From an uncultured Alphaproteobacteria bacterium (lineage in GTDB: Bacteria; Pseudomonadota; Alphaproteobacteria; HIMB59; GCA-002718135), in assembly GCA_902522865.1 (NCBI GenBank), contig CABYXC010000009.1, positions 2,007 to 66,006 on the forward strand: a DNA stretch of 64,000 bases, read 5' to 3'. The notes below the pieces were generated by a model. The model was not told where the DNA came from. It saw nothing but the letters and a program-made list of their open reading frames with translations, and did not search any database. Below, in pieces: positions 8,746 to 18,618 of the stretch. The stretch's first letter is position 1. The number at the start of each line of letters is the position of its first letter. The position numbers and the translations under genes were made by a program.

Positions 8746-10047
8746 ATGGGAAAAGGACAAAAATTATATTCTAAAGCAAAGCAAATTGTTGCTGGTGGAA
8801 ATATGCTTTTATCAAAAAGACCTGAAATGTTTTTACCTGAACATTGGCCTGCTTATTTTACTAAAACAAGAGGTTGTGAAGTATGGGATCTCGATGGAAA
8901 TAAATACATAGATACCTTGATGATGCCCGGAACTAATTCACTTGGCTATAGTCATCCAGAAGTCGATGAAGCTGTCAAAGAAACAGTCGGGAATGGAAAT
9001 ATGTCTTCACTTAATGCTCCGGAAGAAGTTGAACTCACGGAAAGATTAGTTGAGCTACATCCATGGGCTGATATGGCTAGATTTGCAAGATCAGGAGGTG
9101 AAGCTAATTCAGTCGCTATTCGTCTTTCAAGAGCTGCGTCCGGAAGAGATAATGTAGCATTTTGTGGATATCATGGCTGGCACGACTGGTACTTAGCTTC
9201 AAATTTATCTGACTCAAAAGGGTTAGATGGTCACCTACTACCCGGTTTAGATCCTCATGGTGTACCACAAAATCTCAAAGGAAGTGTATATCCATTCGAA
9301 TATAATAATTTTGATAAACTAGAAAACTTAGTCAAAACTAAAAATATAGGCGTTATCAAAATGGAAGTTTACCGAAACAAAGAACCAGAAAATAATTTTT
9401 TACAAAGAGTTAGAAAATTAGCAAATGATAATAATATTGTTTTAGTTTTTGATGAATGTACATCAGGATTTAGAAAAAATTATGGTGGTTTACATATGCT
9501 TTATGATGTTGAGCCTGACGTCGCAATGTTTGGAAAAGCTCTTGGAAATGGATATGCTGTAACTGCAGTCCTTGGTAAAAGAGAGGTAATGCAAGCAGCA
9601 GAAAAATCTTTTATAAGTAGCACCTTTTGGACTGAACGAATTGGATCTAGTGCTGGTCTTGCGACACTAAAAGTTATGGATAAAGAAAAATCATGGGAAA
9701 AAATTACAAAAATTGGTGAATACGTAAATAGTGAGTGGATGAAGTTGTCTAAAGAATTTGATCTTCCAATTACTATTAGTGGATTAGCGGCACTGACAAC
9801 ATTTTCATTTAAAAGTGAAAATGCATTGGCCTATAAAACATTTATTACTCAAGAAATGCTTAAAAAAGGTTATCTTGCTGCAACTGCAGTCTATGTTTGT
9901 ACTGCACACACAAAAGACATCATTGATGGTTACATTGAAAATATACGCCCTATTTTTCAAACGATAAAAGAGTGTGAGGATGGAAGAAATATTATGGATT
10001 TATTAGAAGGCCCTATTGCACATAATGGTTTTAAACGATTAAACTAA
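8746..10047 (+). CDS. class-III (GSA-aminomutase-like) PLP aminotransferase
   Basis: GGNMLLSKRP...VWDLDGNKYID, GGEANSVAIRLSR, VFDECTSGFR, PLP-Lys context FGKALGNGY. ATG at 8746 is preferred over the TTG at 8728 given in the ORF track. Confidence 0.75.
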   Translation: MGKGQKLYSKAKQIVAGGNMLLSKRPEMFLPEHWPAYFTKTRGCEVWDLDGNKYIDTLMMPGTNSLGYSHPEVDEAVKETVGNGNMSSLNAPEEVELTERLVELHPWADMARFARSGGEANSVAIRLSRAASGRDNVAFCGYHGWHDWYLASNLSDSKGLDGHLLPGLDPHGVPQNLKGSVYPFEYNNFDKLENLVKTKNIGVIKMEVYRNKEPENNFLQRVRKLANDNNIVLVFDECTSGFRKNYGGLHMLYDVEPDVAMFGKALGNGYAVTAVLGKREVMQAAEKSFISSTFWTERIGSSAGLATLKVMDKEKSWEKITKIGEYVNSEWMKLSKEFDLPITISGLAALTTFSFKSENALAYKTFITQEMLKKGYLAATAVYVCTAHTKDIIDGYIENIRPIFQTIKECEDGRNIMDLLEGPIAHNGFKRLN

Positions 10048-11531
10048 TCTAAAGATATAATTTTATTTCCAATTTTTTTAAAAGGCAATCTTTTTAAATT
10101 ACTTGTGCAAAGACCTTGGCTATCAATATAAAAACTCTGAGATGCAATTGGATCATAAGCATCTTTATGAGACACAGCTGCTTTAATTATTATTAATTTT
10201 GAATCTCTAGGATTAATACCTTGTGAAGTTAGTTGACCTAAATCCATTGGAGGTGTTTTAATTGATGTTAACAATAAGGTTAATTGATCATTTTTTAATA
10301 CAGCTGAAGGGCCCATATTAATTTTTGTTCCCATCATTGAAGCTAAGTGAGATTGTTTATTTTCAAGTTCAAATCTTCCGTCAGATATTCTTTCTAAATT
10401 TGCTTTAATAAAAATAGGTTTGCCATGAAATGCATCAAATTTTGCACCTATATGTAGCTGAACTTCATTATTAATATGAGCTTTATGACAAGCATTTGCA
10501 GCTTCAGGATCATTAATGATAGCAACGATCCCGGTATGATTAGTTTGTAATAATCGATCTAATAAATCAGTAGCATCTCCTGGTGTTCCTCCACCAATAT
10601 TATCAGCTGGTTCAATTAGTAAAATAGGTTTTTTAATTTCTTTAATATTATCAATCACATTTAGCGCTTCATCCAGAGAATTTTCTTTTGGATAACCATC
10701 TTTTATTTTTACTTCTAGTATATTGACCAATTTATCTAGATAGTTTTTTGCATCACTAATTTTTCCTCTAGTACAACAATTTATACTAAAACCACAATCT
10801 GGAATATCCGCGTATGAATATCCTGCCATAACATTAATGCATAAGATCTCTGGATCTTTCTTCTCTATTTTTAGTGCTTCCTCTAAAATTGTTTTCATTG
10901 GATCATTTGCTGTACCAACACCTGTTGGAGGTAAAATATATTTTGTATCCAGATGTAGTTGTTTTACATTAGGATCTAAAAGAAGGTCATTTAATATTGA
11001 TGCAGCTTTTACTGCTGTTTCTCTAGAATCACTGTGAGGGTTTTTTCTATATGCATAAACACATGTACTATACTTAATCATATTTTCTGAAACATTGGCG
11101 TGTAAATCTAAAACTGCAACAATAGGAATAGATATATTTTCTTTTGATAAAAAACTTTGAATATCTCTGAGAAAATCTCCTTCAAAATCATCATGGTTAG
11201 TGCTTACCATAGCTCCATGTAAAACTAAGAAAATAGCATCTATGTTGTGACAAGAATCTTTTAATTTTTCAAAGAAATTTTTTTTAAAATAGTTTTCTGA
11301 TTCTTCATCAACAGTACCTGAAGGTCTGGCTGACATTTGAATTCCTGGAATTATATTCCAATTTTGACCAGAAGCATATTCTATAAAACCATCTGTTGGA
11401 GATCCATTACCAGTGTTTTCATTAATTATTTCTTCATCATGAAAAATAATAAAATCTTTTAAAGTAGTTGGTTCACCTAGAAATGTATGCGTTTCATGAT
11501 ATATACCTGAGAGAAAAATATTTTTAGACAT
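10044..11531 (-). CDS. MlrC-like (M81 family) metallopeptidase
   Basis: N-terminus IFLSGIYHETHTF, then VLHGAM and LDLHAN, resembling the MlrC N- and C-domain pattern. About 495 aa, as in MlrC homologues. Confidence 0.6.
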   Translation of the reverse strand: MSKNIFLSGIYHETHTFLGEPTTLKDFIIFHDEEIINENTGNGSPTDGFIEYASGQNWNIIPGIQMSARPSGTVDEESENYFKKNFFEKLKDSCHNIDAIFLVLHGAMVSTNHDDFEGDFLRDIQSFLSKENISIPIVAVLDLHANVSENMIKYSTCVYAYRKNPHSDSRETAVKAASILNDLLLDPNVKQLHLDTKYILPPTGVGTANDPMKTILEEALKIEKKDPEILCINVMAGYSYADIPDCGFSINCCTRGKISDAKNYLDKLVNILEVKIKDGYPKENSLDEALNVIDNIKEIKKPILLIEPADNIGGGTPGDATDLLDRLLQTNHTGIVAIINDPEAANACHKAHINNEVQLHIGAKFDAFHGKPIFIKANLERISDGRFELENKQSHLASMMGTKINMGPSAVLKNDQLTLLLTSIKTPPMDLGQLTSQGINPRDSKLIIIKAAVSHKDAYDPIASQSFYIDSQGLCTSNLKRLPFKKIGNKIISLD

Positions 11532-12441
11532 TTAGTATTTCTTCTAATTCATTATTTGCATGTATTTTTATTTTTTTTACATCTTCTGCGGTTGCTCCAT
11601 CATAAGGCCAGAGAACTTTTTCGGAAACTGGTCCCCATCCACCAACAGAAGCAAGTAATTTATCTAAACCAGTATTTGATAGTTTATTAGCAAAAGGTAA
11701 AATATATTGTTTCATAAAGTTTAGGACTTTTGCTTCTAGTTCTTGTGCTTTTTTATAATCTTTCTCTATCAAATCCCAAATTTTAACAGCGCCATTTGGG
11801 CTTAAACATGCAACATTGGAATAAGATCCATTTGCTCCTAAAGGTTTTCCATATACAACTGTATGTCCAGGCACAAATACCGAGAAATCATCTAATAATT
11901 CTCTTCTTTGAGAATACCATTGCTCATCACCCCCTGCACATTTAATTCCTACAAGATTTTTAACTGATTGTTTTAATAAACTAATCTCTTCAAGAGAAAG
12001 CAAGACTTTTGCATGAGGAGGATTGTATAAAATCATATAAATGTCCTCAACCACCTCTTGCATTCCTAAAATAAAATTTTTTGACTCATTAAAAGTTGGA
12101 GGCCACCAATCTGGTAAGGTAATTTGAAATCCATTTGGTTTTAAACTTACCATTCGCTTTGCTCTTTCTTGGCACACTCTTGGATTAGTATGACTTAAAC
12201 CAAGTTGAAATTTTTTCTTCTTTTTTAATGCAATTGTTGAGACTATTTCCGATAATTTATCAAATTCTTGTTCTGTTTGATTATGACATTCTGCAGCGGT
12301 ACCATTAGTATAGATACCAGAAACTTTTGAGTCACATAAGATATGAATCTGCTCTTCAAATGCAACCCAGTCAATTTGATTATTATTAATTGGTAAAAGA
12401 ATAGTACCCCAAATTCCATTTGGTTTCTCTCGTTGTTTCAT
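11524..12441 (-). CDS. dihydrodipicolinate synthase/N-acetylneuraminate lyase-family aldolase
   Basis: GIYTNGTAAECHNQT corresponds to the GxxGE motif. LYNPP, a candidate Schiff-base Lys in VGIKCAG, about 300 aa. Confidence 0.6.
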   Translation of the reverse strand: MKQREKPNGIWGTILLPINNNQIDWVAFEEQIHILCDSKVSGIYTNGTAAECHNQTEQEFDKLSEIVSTIALKKKKKFQLGLSHTNPRVCQERAKRMVSLKPNGFQITLPDWWPPTFNESKNFILGMQEVVEDIYMILYNPPHAKVLLSLEEISLLKQSVKNLVGIKCAGGDEQWYSQRRELLDDFSVFVPGHTVVYGKPLGANGSYSNVACLSPNGAVKIWDLIEKDYKKAQELEAKVLNFMKQYILPFANKLSNTGLDKLLASVGGWGPVSEKVLWPYDGATAEDVKKIKIHANNELEEILNV

Positions 12442-12442
12442 T

Positions 12443-13363
12443 TTAATGTTTATGTAATTGATCTTGTGCTTGCTGAATAATATCTACACCCACTCTATCG
12501 CTCCATCCTTGAATCAATTTCTTAGTTACTGGACCAACATTTCCATCAGCAATTGGCATTCCATTAAACTTTGTTACAGGCATTATTGAGTATGGCGTAC
12601 TAGTAATAAACATTTCGTCAGAAGTTGCTAAGTCATAAGATTGAATAACAGCTTCAATCACTTCAATGTCTAAAGATCGGGCTATTTCCATTGTTGAATT
12701 TCTTGTAAGCCCCTCCAAACAATTAGCAGTGGTTGGTGTAATTAACTTTCCATCTTTGATCATAAATATATTACCACCTTTATTTTCTGCAACATTTCCA
12801 TGAATATCAAGAATGACACTTTGTGCATCAGGATCAACTAATTTAGCTTCAATTTCAGCTAACGTGTAAAAAAGACGACTTCTATTTTTAATTCTTGCAT
12901 CTAAGGATTGTGAGGGTACCATTCTAGTAGGAGGAGTTACTGCATGACAACCTTTAGTATAAAAAGGAGCCCACAAAACAAGATTCATAGGTTGCGTGTA
13001 AATCATAACAGTTGGCTTAGAGACTTGCAAAGCTGGATTACCTCCAGTGATTGAATGTCCTCGAGAAATATTGTGCACAAGCCAACAATCCTCATTAGCC
13101 TTGTAATTATCTTTATTAATTTCTAATAATTCAAGACTAACCTTTTTCATTTCCTCTATTGTCATTTGAGGGTCGATACGTGTTAATTTAAATGATTTAT
13201 ATAATCTTTCTAAATGTTCATCTAATTTGAATGGTTTGAAATTAAATGTTCTAGTAGATTCAGTAACTGTATCACCTAAAAGTACAGCACTATCAAATAT
13301 TGAAATTTTAGCATCTACTTCTGGTACAATCTCACCAGAAATATAAACTTTTCTATTGCTCAT
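12443..13363 (-). CDS. class-IV (branched-chain / D-amino-acid) aminotransferase
   Basis: HLERLYKS, ENKGGNIFMIKDGKLITP, CLEGLTRN and the trailing fold-type-IV layout. Confidence 0.75.
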   Translation of the reverse strand: MSNRKVYISGEIVPEVDAKISIFDSAVLLGDTVTESTRTFNFKPFKLDEHLERLYKSFKLTRIDPQMTIEEMKKVSLELLEINKDNYKANEDCWLVHNISRGHSITGGNPALQVSKPTVMIYTQPMNLVLWAPFYTKGCHAVTPPTRMVPSQSLDARIKNRSRLFYTLAEIEAKLVDPDAQSVILDIHGNVAENKGGNIFMIKDGKLITPTTANCLEGLTRNSTMEIARSLDIEVIEAVIQSYDLATSDEMFITSTPYSIMPVTKFNGMPIADGNVGPVTKKLIQGWSDRVGVDIIQQAQDQLHKH

Positions 13364-13364
13364 T

Positions 13365-14144
13365 TTATAATTTGTTTTTTGATTTTAATTCTGCTTTTAA
13401 TTGTTCTTGTTCCATTTTCTCTTTCTGCTTGTCGTGTTTTGCAGAAACACCATGATAAACAAAACCAAAAGCTCTTCGTGATCGAGTTTTAGATTTATTG
13501 GGATCAGCAAAATGAATAATTTTAGCATGGTGCATTAAAAACATTCCAGCTTTACCTTCAAACTTTACAGTATTTTTTTTATCCTCTTCAGTTCCAAAAT
13601 CAGTTACCCCTTTTGAAAAACCTAAAATTTCTGATTTGCCATGTGGTCTGTATCCTTCATATTTATGTGAACCTTTAACATAATGGATACATCCATTTTC
13701 ATCATCAACATCTTCAAGAGCAAGCCAACCAGTAACAGCTTTATCATTATCTAAATTAAAATAATAACCATCTTGATGAGGTGGAGTAGGATTGCTTTTA
13801 CCAGGAGGTTTATTAAAGTATTCCATTGCTCTAGGTATAACATCCTCACCTAAAGCGTTCGCAGCTAATTCTTTTATTTTACTATTGTGAAATAGATCAT
13901 GAAAGAAAGCATCGTATTCTTCTAACTTTTGCATTTGCATTAAAGTATCTTTGTTTTCTTTATCAACGTAATACACTTCCCCTTCTTTCATTTTAGGAAC
14001 ACAGTCTTTAATATATCTATCAAACTCATTATTTATAAGCTCCATATCAGACTTCGAAAAAAGTTCAGGAATATGATTATAACCATTTTCGTCATAAATT
14101 TTTTTTAGATCACTTAATTCAGGGGTGTTGGTATTAAAATTCAT
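13365..14144 (-). CDS. PhyH-family Fe(II)/2-oxoglutarate dioxygenase
   Basis: PPHQDGYYF (HxD), distal His in HHAKIIHFA, Arg in RSRRAFGF. Close paralogue of the next gene. Confidence 0.75.
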   Translation of the reverse strand: MNFNTNTPELSDLKKIYDENGYNHIPELFSKSDMELINNEFDRYIKDCVPKMKEGEVYYVDKENKDTLMQMQKLEEYDAFFHDLFHNSKIKELAANALGEDVIPRAMEYFNKPPGKSNPTPPHQDGYYFNLDNDKAVTGWLALEDVDDENGCIHYVKGSHKYEGYRPHGKSEILGFSKGVTDFGTEEDKKNTVKFEGKAGMFLMHHAKIIHFADPNKSKTRSRRAFGFVYHGVSAKHDKQKEKMEQEQLKAELKSKNKL

Positions 14145-14905
14145 ATTAGATTTTTCTCCTTCATTTCTTTTCGAAGTTTTTCTTGATAAGCATCATGTGC
14201 TTCTTGATTTATTTCTGCACTTTCTCCATAATAAATAAATCCCAGTGCTTTTCTAGTTCTTGTTTGAGATTTATTTCCTTCAGCCCAATGTATTGTTTTA
14301 GCATTGTGAATTAAAAAAGTTCCTGGCTCTCCAGGAAAAGAGACTGTGTTCTTTTTATCTTCCTCATTTCCAAAATCAGTAATACCTTGAGAAAAACCTA
14401 ATACATTGGATCTACCGTGTGGCCTGTATTCAGATTTATGAGAACCTTTTACATAATGAATACATCCATTCTCTTCATCTACTTTTTCTAGAGCTAACCA
14501 ACAAGTAACGGCATTATGTTTTTTTAACATAAAGTAATAACCATCCTGATGTGGTGGTGTTGGCTTTCCAATTCCTGGCGGTTTATTAAAAAATTGTAAA
14601 TTTTTGGGCTCAGCTTTTTCTCGTAAAACTATTTCTGCAACTTCTCTAATAGGAGATTTTTCAATTAATTCTTTAAAGTAATCATCATAAGTAAACATTT
14701 GCTGAAGTTGCTTTATAGAAGTTTTATCATCTTTATTTTCATAAAATATATGATGCTCAGGTACATTAGGAGTAACTTCTTTAATGTATCTAGATAATTC
14801 AATCTTAATCTCTTCTATTTTTTCAATAGAAAATAATGGGTTTATTGCAATAAAGCCGTTGTCATCAAATTTAGATTGAAGATCTTGATTATTAAAAGTT
14901 GTCAT
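14141..14905 (-). CDS. PhyH-family Fe(II)/2-oxoglutarate dioxygenase (tandem paralogue)
   Basis: PPHQDGYYF, ENGCIHYVKGSHK, IHNAKTIHWA. 4-nt overlap with the downstream paralogue. Confidence 0.75.
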   Translation of the reverse strand: MTTFNNQDLQSKFDDNGFIAINPLFSIEKIEEIKIELSRYIKEVTPNVPEHHIFYENKDDKTSIKQLQQMFTYDDYFKELIEKSPIREVAEIVLREKAEPKNLQFFNKPPGIGKPTPPHQDGYYFMLKKHNAVTCWLALEKVDEENGCIHYVKGSHKSEYRPHGRSNVLGFSQGITDFGNEEDKKNTVSFPGEPGTFLIHNAKTIHWAEGNKSQTRTRKALGFIYYGESAEINQEAHDAYQEKLRKEMKEKNLI

Positions 14906-15001
14906 AATTTAATAAAATTATGGTAACTGAAATTAAAAAGATAGCTAGTAAAAATTAATTATTTACCATATTTTCTTAATTAAATTATAAATCATAAGAG
15001 A

Positions 15002-15844
15002 ATGCAAAAAAAATATAAAAGAGTTTTTTCTATAAACAATGATCTAGGATATAGAAATTATACTGTCAGAGATTTAATAAATTTAAAAGGTAAGAAAAAA
15101 CTAACACAAGTGAGAGTTACCACAGTTGAAGAAGCTGCGGCTGCTGAAGAAGCAGGAATTGATTTATTATTAACTGGACCAGGAAAAGATTTTCCAAATA
15201 TTAGAAAAGCTGCTTCAAAAACTTTTATGACTGTTGGTGTACCTTTTATTGAGAACCCATCAAAAAGAGAAGCAACAAAAAAAGCATTCGAAATAATTGA
15301 GGCTGGTGCTGATTCACTAATGTGTCAAAATTGGAATCTTGAATGGATGGCACATTTAAGTAAATTTAGAATTCCCTTTCAAAGTCATGTTGGTTTTATT
15401 CCAAGAAGAACGACATGGATAGGTGGCATTAGATCTTTTGGAAAGACAGCAAATGAAGCTGCAGAATTATTTAGAGATATAAAGAATATTGAGAAAACTG
15501 GTGCATGGGGCATAGAAGCAGAACTCGTTCCAGAAAATATTTTAGAAGTTATTACAAAGCACACATCACTTGTTACTATTTCAATTGGTTCGGGAATAGC
15601 TGCGGATGCTCAATTTTTATTTGCTGAAGATATATTAGGACAGAGTAAAATAAATTTACCAAGACATGCAAAAAAATATAAAAATTTTGATAAAATATTA
15701 AGTGATATTCAAAAAGAAAGAATTGATGCTTTTAAAAAGTATAAAACAGAAGTTCAAAAAAATAAATTTCCAACAAAAAAACATACTATTGCAATTAAAA
15801 AAATAGAATTAAATAAATTTAGAAAGTTTCTGCAACAACATTAA
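15002..15844 (+). CDS. PanB-like (ketopantoate hydroxymethyltransferase fold) protein, divergent
   Basis: Aligns to PanB from IPFQSHVGFIPRR (cf. VPVCGHLGLTPQS) through IEAELVP (LECVP), ISIGSG (IGIGAG) and PRHAKKY (PKFAKNF). It lacks the GDSLGM, ADLPF and KIEGG equivalents. Confidence 0.65.
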   Translation: MQKKYKRVFSINNDLGYRNYTVRDLINLKGKKKLTQVRVTTVEEAAAAEEAGIDLLLTGPGKDFPNIRKAASKTFMTVGVPFIENPSKREATKKAFEIIEAGADSLMCQNWNLEWMAHLSKFRIPFQSHVGFIPRRTTWIGGIRSFGKTANEAAELFRDIKNIEKTGAWGIEAELVPENILEVITKHTSLVTISIGSGIAADAQFLFAEDILGQSKINLPRHAKKYKNFDKILSDIQKERIDAFKKYKTEVQKNKFPTKKHTIAIKKIELNKFRKFLQQH

Positions 15845-15846
15845 TT

Positions 15847-16692
15847 ATGAAAAATAAATTTAAAAAAGTTTACTCTCTTGCACATCAAACTGGTTATAGA
15901 AACTATACGGTTAAAGATTTAGTAAATTTAAAAGGTAAGAAAAAATTAACACAAATAAATGTTGTATCTGCTGAAGATGCTGCCGCTGCAGAAGCTGCTG
16001 GTATAGATATGATTATTTGTGGAGTAGATCAGTTAAAAGAAATACGCGAAGCTGCGCCCAATACATTTTTAACGTGTGGAATAAAATATACTGAGCATGC
16101 TTCCAAAGAAAGTATGATGAAGAAAGTATTTGAATTACTTGAAGTCGGTGTAGACTCCATACACACCAATTCGTGGAATATAAATTTTATTAAATATTTA
16201 AGTGATTTTAATATCCCTTTTCAAGGGCACGTAGGTTTTGTTCCAATGAAATCAACGTGGACAGGGGGTGTGAAACCAGTTGGGAAAAGTTCAGCTGAGG
16301 CTATTAAAGTTTATCATGATATAAAAGAATTAGAAAAAATTGGTGCTTGGGCTGTAGAAGTTGAATGTGTACCGGAGGATGTTTTAAAAGAAATAACAAA
16401 AGACACCAAAGCTTTGACTATTTCAATAGGATCAGGCAGATATGCAGATATTCAATTTTTGTTTGGTGAAGATATTTTGGGATATCACTTCAATTCAACT
16501 AAAACACCAAGACATGCAAAAAAATATAAAGATTTTAATAAGACATACGAAAAGTTACAAAAAGATAGGATAGATGCTTTTAAGGAATATCAGAAGGATG
16601 TAGTAAATAAGAAATTTCCATCAAAAAATAATGTTGTTTTTGCTGAAAAAAAAGAACTAGAAAAATTTAAAAAATTAATAAAAAAAATCTAA
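15847..16692 (+). CDS. PanB-like protein, divergent (tandem paralogue)
   Basis: Same motif set (IPFQGHVGFVPMK, VEVECVP, ISIGSG, PRHAKKY). Collinear with the upstream copy. Confidence 0.65.
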   Translation: MKNKFKKVYSLAHQTGYRNYTVKDLVNLKGKKKLTQINVVSAEDAAAAEAAGIDMIICGVDQLKEIREAAPNTFLTCGIKYTEHASKESMMKKVFELLEVGVDSIHTNSWNINFIKYLSDFNIPFQGHVGFVPMKSTWTGGVKPVGKSSAEAIKVYHDIKELEKIGAWAVEVECVPEDVLKEITKDTKALTISIGSGRYADIQFLFGEDILGYHFNSTKTPRHAKKYKDFNKTYEKLQKDRIDAFKEYQKDVVNKKFPSKNNVVFAEKKELEKFKKLIKKI

Positions 16693-17505
16693 ATGGAAAT
16701 TAGTAAATTAGTTAGAAGATTAAATGATAATGAAATAGCGCAGTATGAAGATAAGGGTTATATAAAAGGTCTGCCTGTATTTTCTAAAGGTGGTGTTAAA
16801 GATCTTCAAAAACTTTTTTTAGATTTAAGTAATAGACTGCCCGCAGGCGTTAACATAAATAAAACTAATATGTGGCATAAAGCGAGTAAAAAGTTTTATG
16901 ATTTAGCACATACGCCGGCTATTCTTGATTATGTGGAGGATCTTTTAGGGCCAAATTTCTTCCTTTGGGGTGGGCAATTTTTTTACAAAGCAGCTAAAAG
17001 TAAAGGTGTTGTTCCTTGGCATCAAGATTCTCAATATTGGCCTTTAAATCCATCAAACTCTGTTACAGTTTGGTTAGCTGTATATGATACAGATAAATCT
17101 AATTCAGCAATGAAAATAGTATCAGAAAGCCACAAAACAAAAAAATTTTTACATAAAATTAATGACGATAAAAATTATGATTTAAATCAAGAAGTATCTA
17201 ATGATCAAATTGATAAAGAAAAAATAGTATATATGAATTTAAAAGCTGGTGAGATTTCTCTTCATTCGGATGCTCTTTTACATGGTTCTGATGCAAACCA
17301 TTCAAATAATCCTAGATGTGGAATTACTCTTAGATATTCTCCTTCAAATGTTAAAGCAGATTTATCAGAGTGGCCATTTTTTTCTGTTCAAATAGCTAGA
17401 GGTGAAACAAATCACTCTTTAAATCCTATTGCTCCTATACCTAGAGGCGAAGCAACTCCTGTTAAGGGCTTTCAATTTCATCATGAATTTGAAAGTGATT
17501 GGTGA
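16693..17505 (+). CDS. PhyH-family Fe(II)/2-oxoglutarate dioxygenase
   Basis: VPWHQDSQYW (HxD), LHSDALLHGSDAN (distal His), RCGITLRY. The start codon directly abuts the upstream stop codon. Confidence 0.7.
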   Translation: MEISKLVRRLNDNEIAQYEDKGYIKGLPVFSKGGVKDLQKLFLDLSNRLPAGVNINKTNMWHKASKKFYDLAHTPAILDYVEDLLGPNFFLWGGQFFYKAAKSKGVVPWHQDSQYWPLNPSNSVTVWLAVYDTDKSNSAMKIVSESHKTKKFLHKINDDKNYDLNQEVSNDQIDKEKIVYMNLKAGEISLHSDALLHGSDANHSNNPRCGITLRYSPSNVKADLSEWPFFSVQIARGETNHSLNPIAPIPRGEATPVKGFQFHHEFESDW

Positions 17506-17530
17506 AGAAATTAAATTTTAAATAAAATAA

Positions 17531-18610
17531 ATGAAAATAATTGATGAAATAATTCTATACGAAAACCCTGATCCTTTACTCGTTAGTAAACAAGGTATTT
17601 TCCCAGGTATAGTAAAATTACAAGATAAGTCCTTACTTGCATTATTTACTATTGGGCAAGCTTTTGATTCTGCTGATCAAAGAACATTTGTTTCAAAAAG
17701 TTTTGATGATGGAAGAAGTTGGTCTAAACCAAAACCTTTACATAATCATATATATAAAAATAAAGAAGAATCAGAATCTCTTAAACCACTATTATTACAA
17801 AATAATAAATTGCTGGCAATAGGTTATGCTTTTGTAAGACCAGATAGTTTAACACCAATTGTTAATCCTAATACATTTGAAATACTGCCGCTCAATAATA
17901 AAATAAGTATTTCTAATGATAATGGTGAAAGTTGGTCTATGCCAAAAAATTTTAATGTCGATGAAACACCACTTGAAATATCAGGACCGTGTATTCAATT
18001 AAAATCAGGTAGAATATTAGGAGCAGCGCCACCTTTCCATTTAAAAGAGTCAGATCATTCAGGATGGATAATTTATAGTGATGATGAAGGAGAAAATTGG
18101 GGTAAACTATCTGAATTTTACAAATCCAAGGAAGGACATGTTTCAACTTGGGAATGTCGATTATGTGAAACGAACAGCAAAATTATTGTTATTTTTTGGG
18201 CTTATGACAATAAAAATAAAAAAAATCTTAGCAACCATGTTGTAATTTCCGATGATGCTGGAAAAACATTTAATACTGTAATTGATACTAAAATCAGAGG
18301 ACAAGCGTCTAATGTAATGTTTTATAAAGATGATATAATTTTTACCATTCATTGTCACAGAGAAAACCCAACAGGATTAATTCTAAGAAAAGTTGATGTC
18401 AGAGATAATAAGTTTTCAATTTTAGACGAAATCAATTTGTTTTCTAAAGATGGTTTATCAAGTGATGATACTAACATAAGTAAACAGTTTGGCTCGCTTA
18501 AGTTTGGTCAACCATCAATTCTTCTTTTAAATAACAATGAATTACTAATTTGTTTTTGGTGCATTCATGATAACCAACATATTATTAAAACGTATATCGT
18601 AAATATATAG
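17531..18610 (+). CDS. BNR/Asp-box repeat beta-propeller protein (sialidase superfamily), no signal peptide
   Basis: Asp-boxes SFDDGRSWSKP, SNDNGESWSMP, SDDEGENWGK, SDDAGKTF. The N-terminus is not signal-like. Confidence 0.75.
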   Translation: MKIIDEIILYENPDPLLVSKQGIFPGIVKLQDKSLLALFTIGQAFDSADQRTFVSKSFDDGRSWSKPKPLHNHIYKNKEESESLKPLLLQNNKLLAIGYAFVRPDSLTPIVNPNTFEILPLNNKISISNDNGESWSMPKNFNVDETPLEISGPCIQLKSGRILGAAPPFHLKESDHSGWIIYSDDEGENWGKLSEFYKSKEGHVSTWECRLCETNSKIIVIFWAYDNKNKKNLSNHVVISDDAGKTFNTVIDTKIRGQASNVMFYKDDIIFTIHCHRENPTGLILRKVDVRDNKFSILDEINLFSKDGLSSDDTNISKQFGSLKFGQPSILLLNNNELLICFWCIHDNQHIIKTYIVNI

Positions 18611-18618
18611 TCATCAGT

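Noticed and set aside
13365-17505. A PhnY/PhnZ-type phosphonate (2-AEP) oxidative pathway as the role of the PhyH dioxygenases and the PEP-mutase-superfamily (PanB-like) genes.
   Set aside because: No HD-domain PhnZ-like gene, phosphonate transporter or phosphonatase is present in the block. The PanB-like proteins resemble PanB, not PEP mutase.
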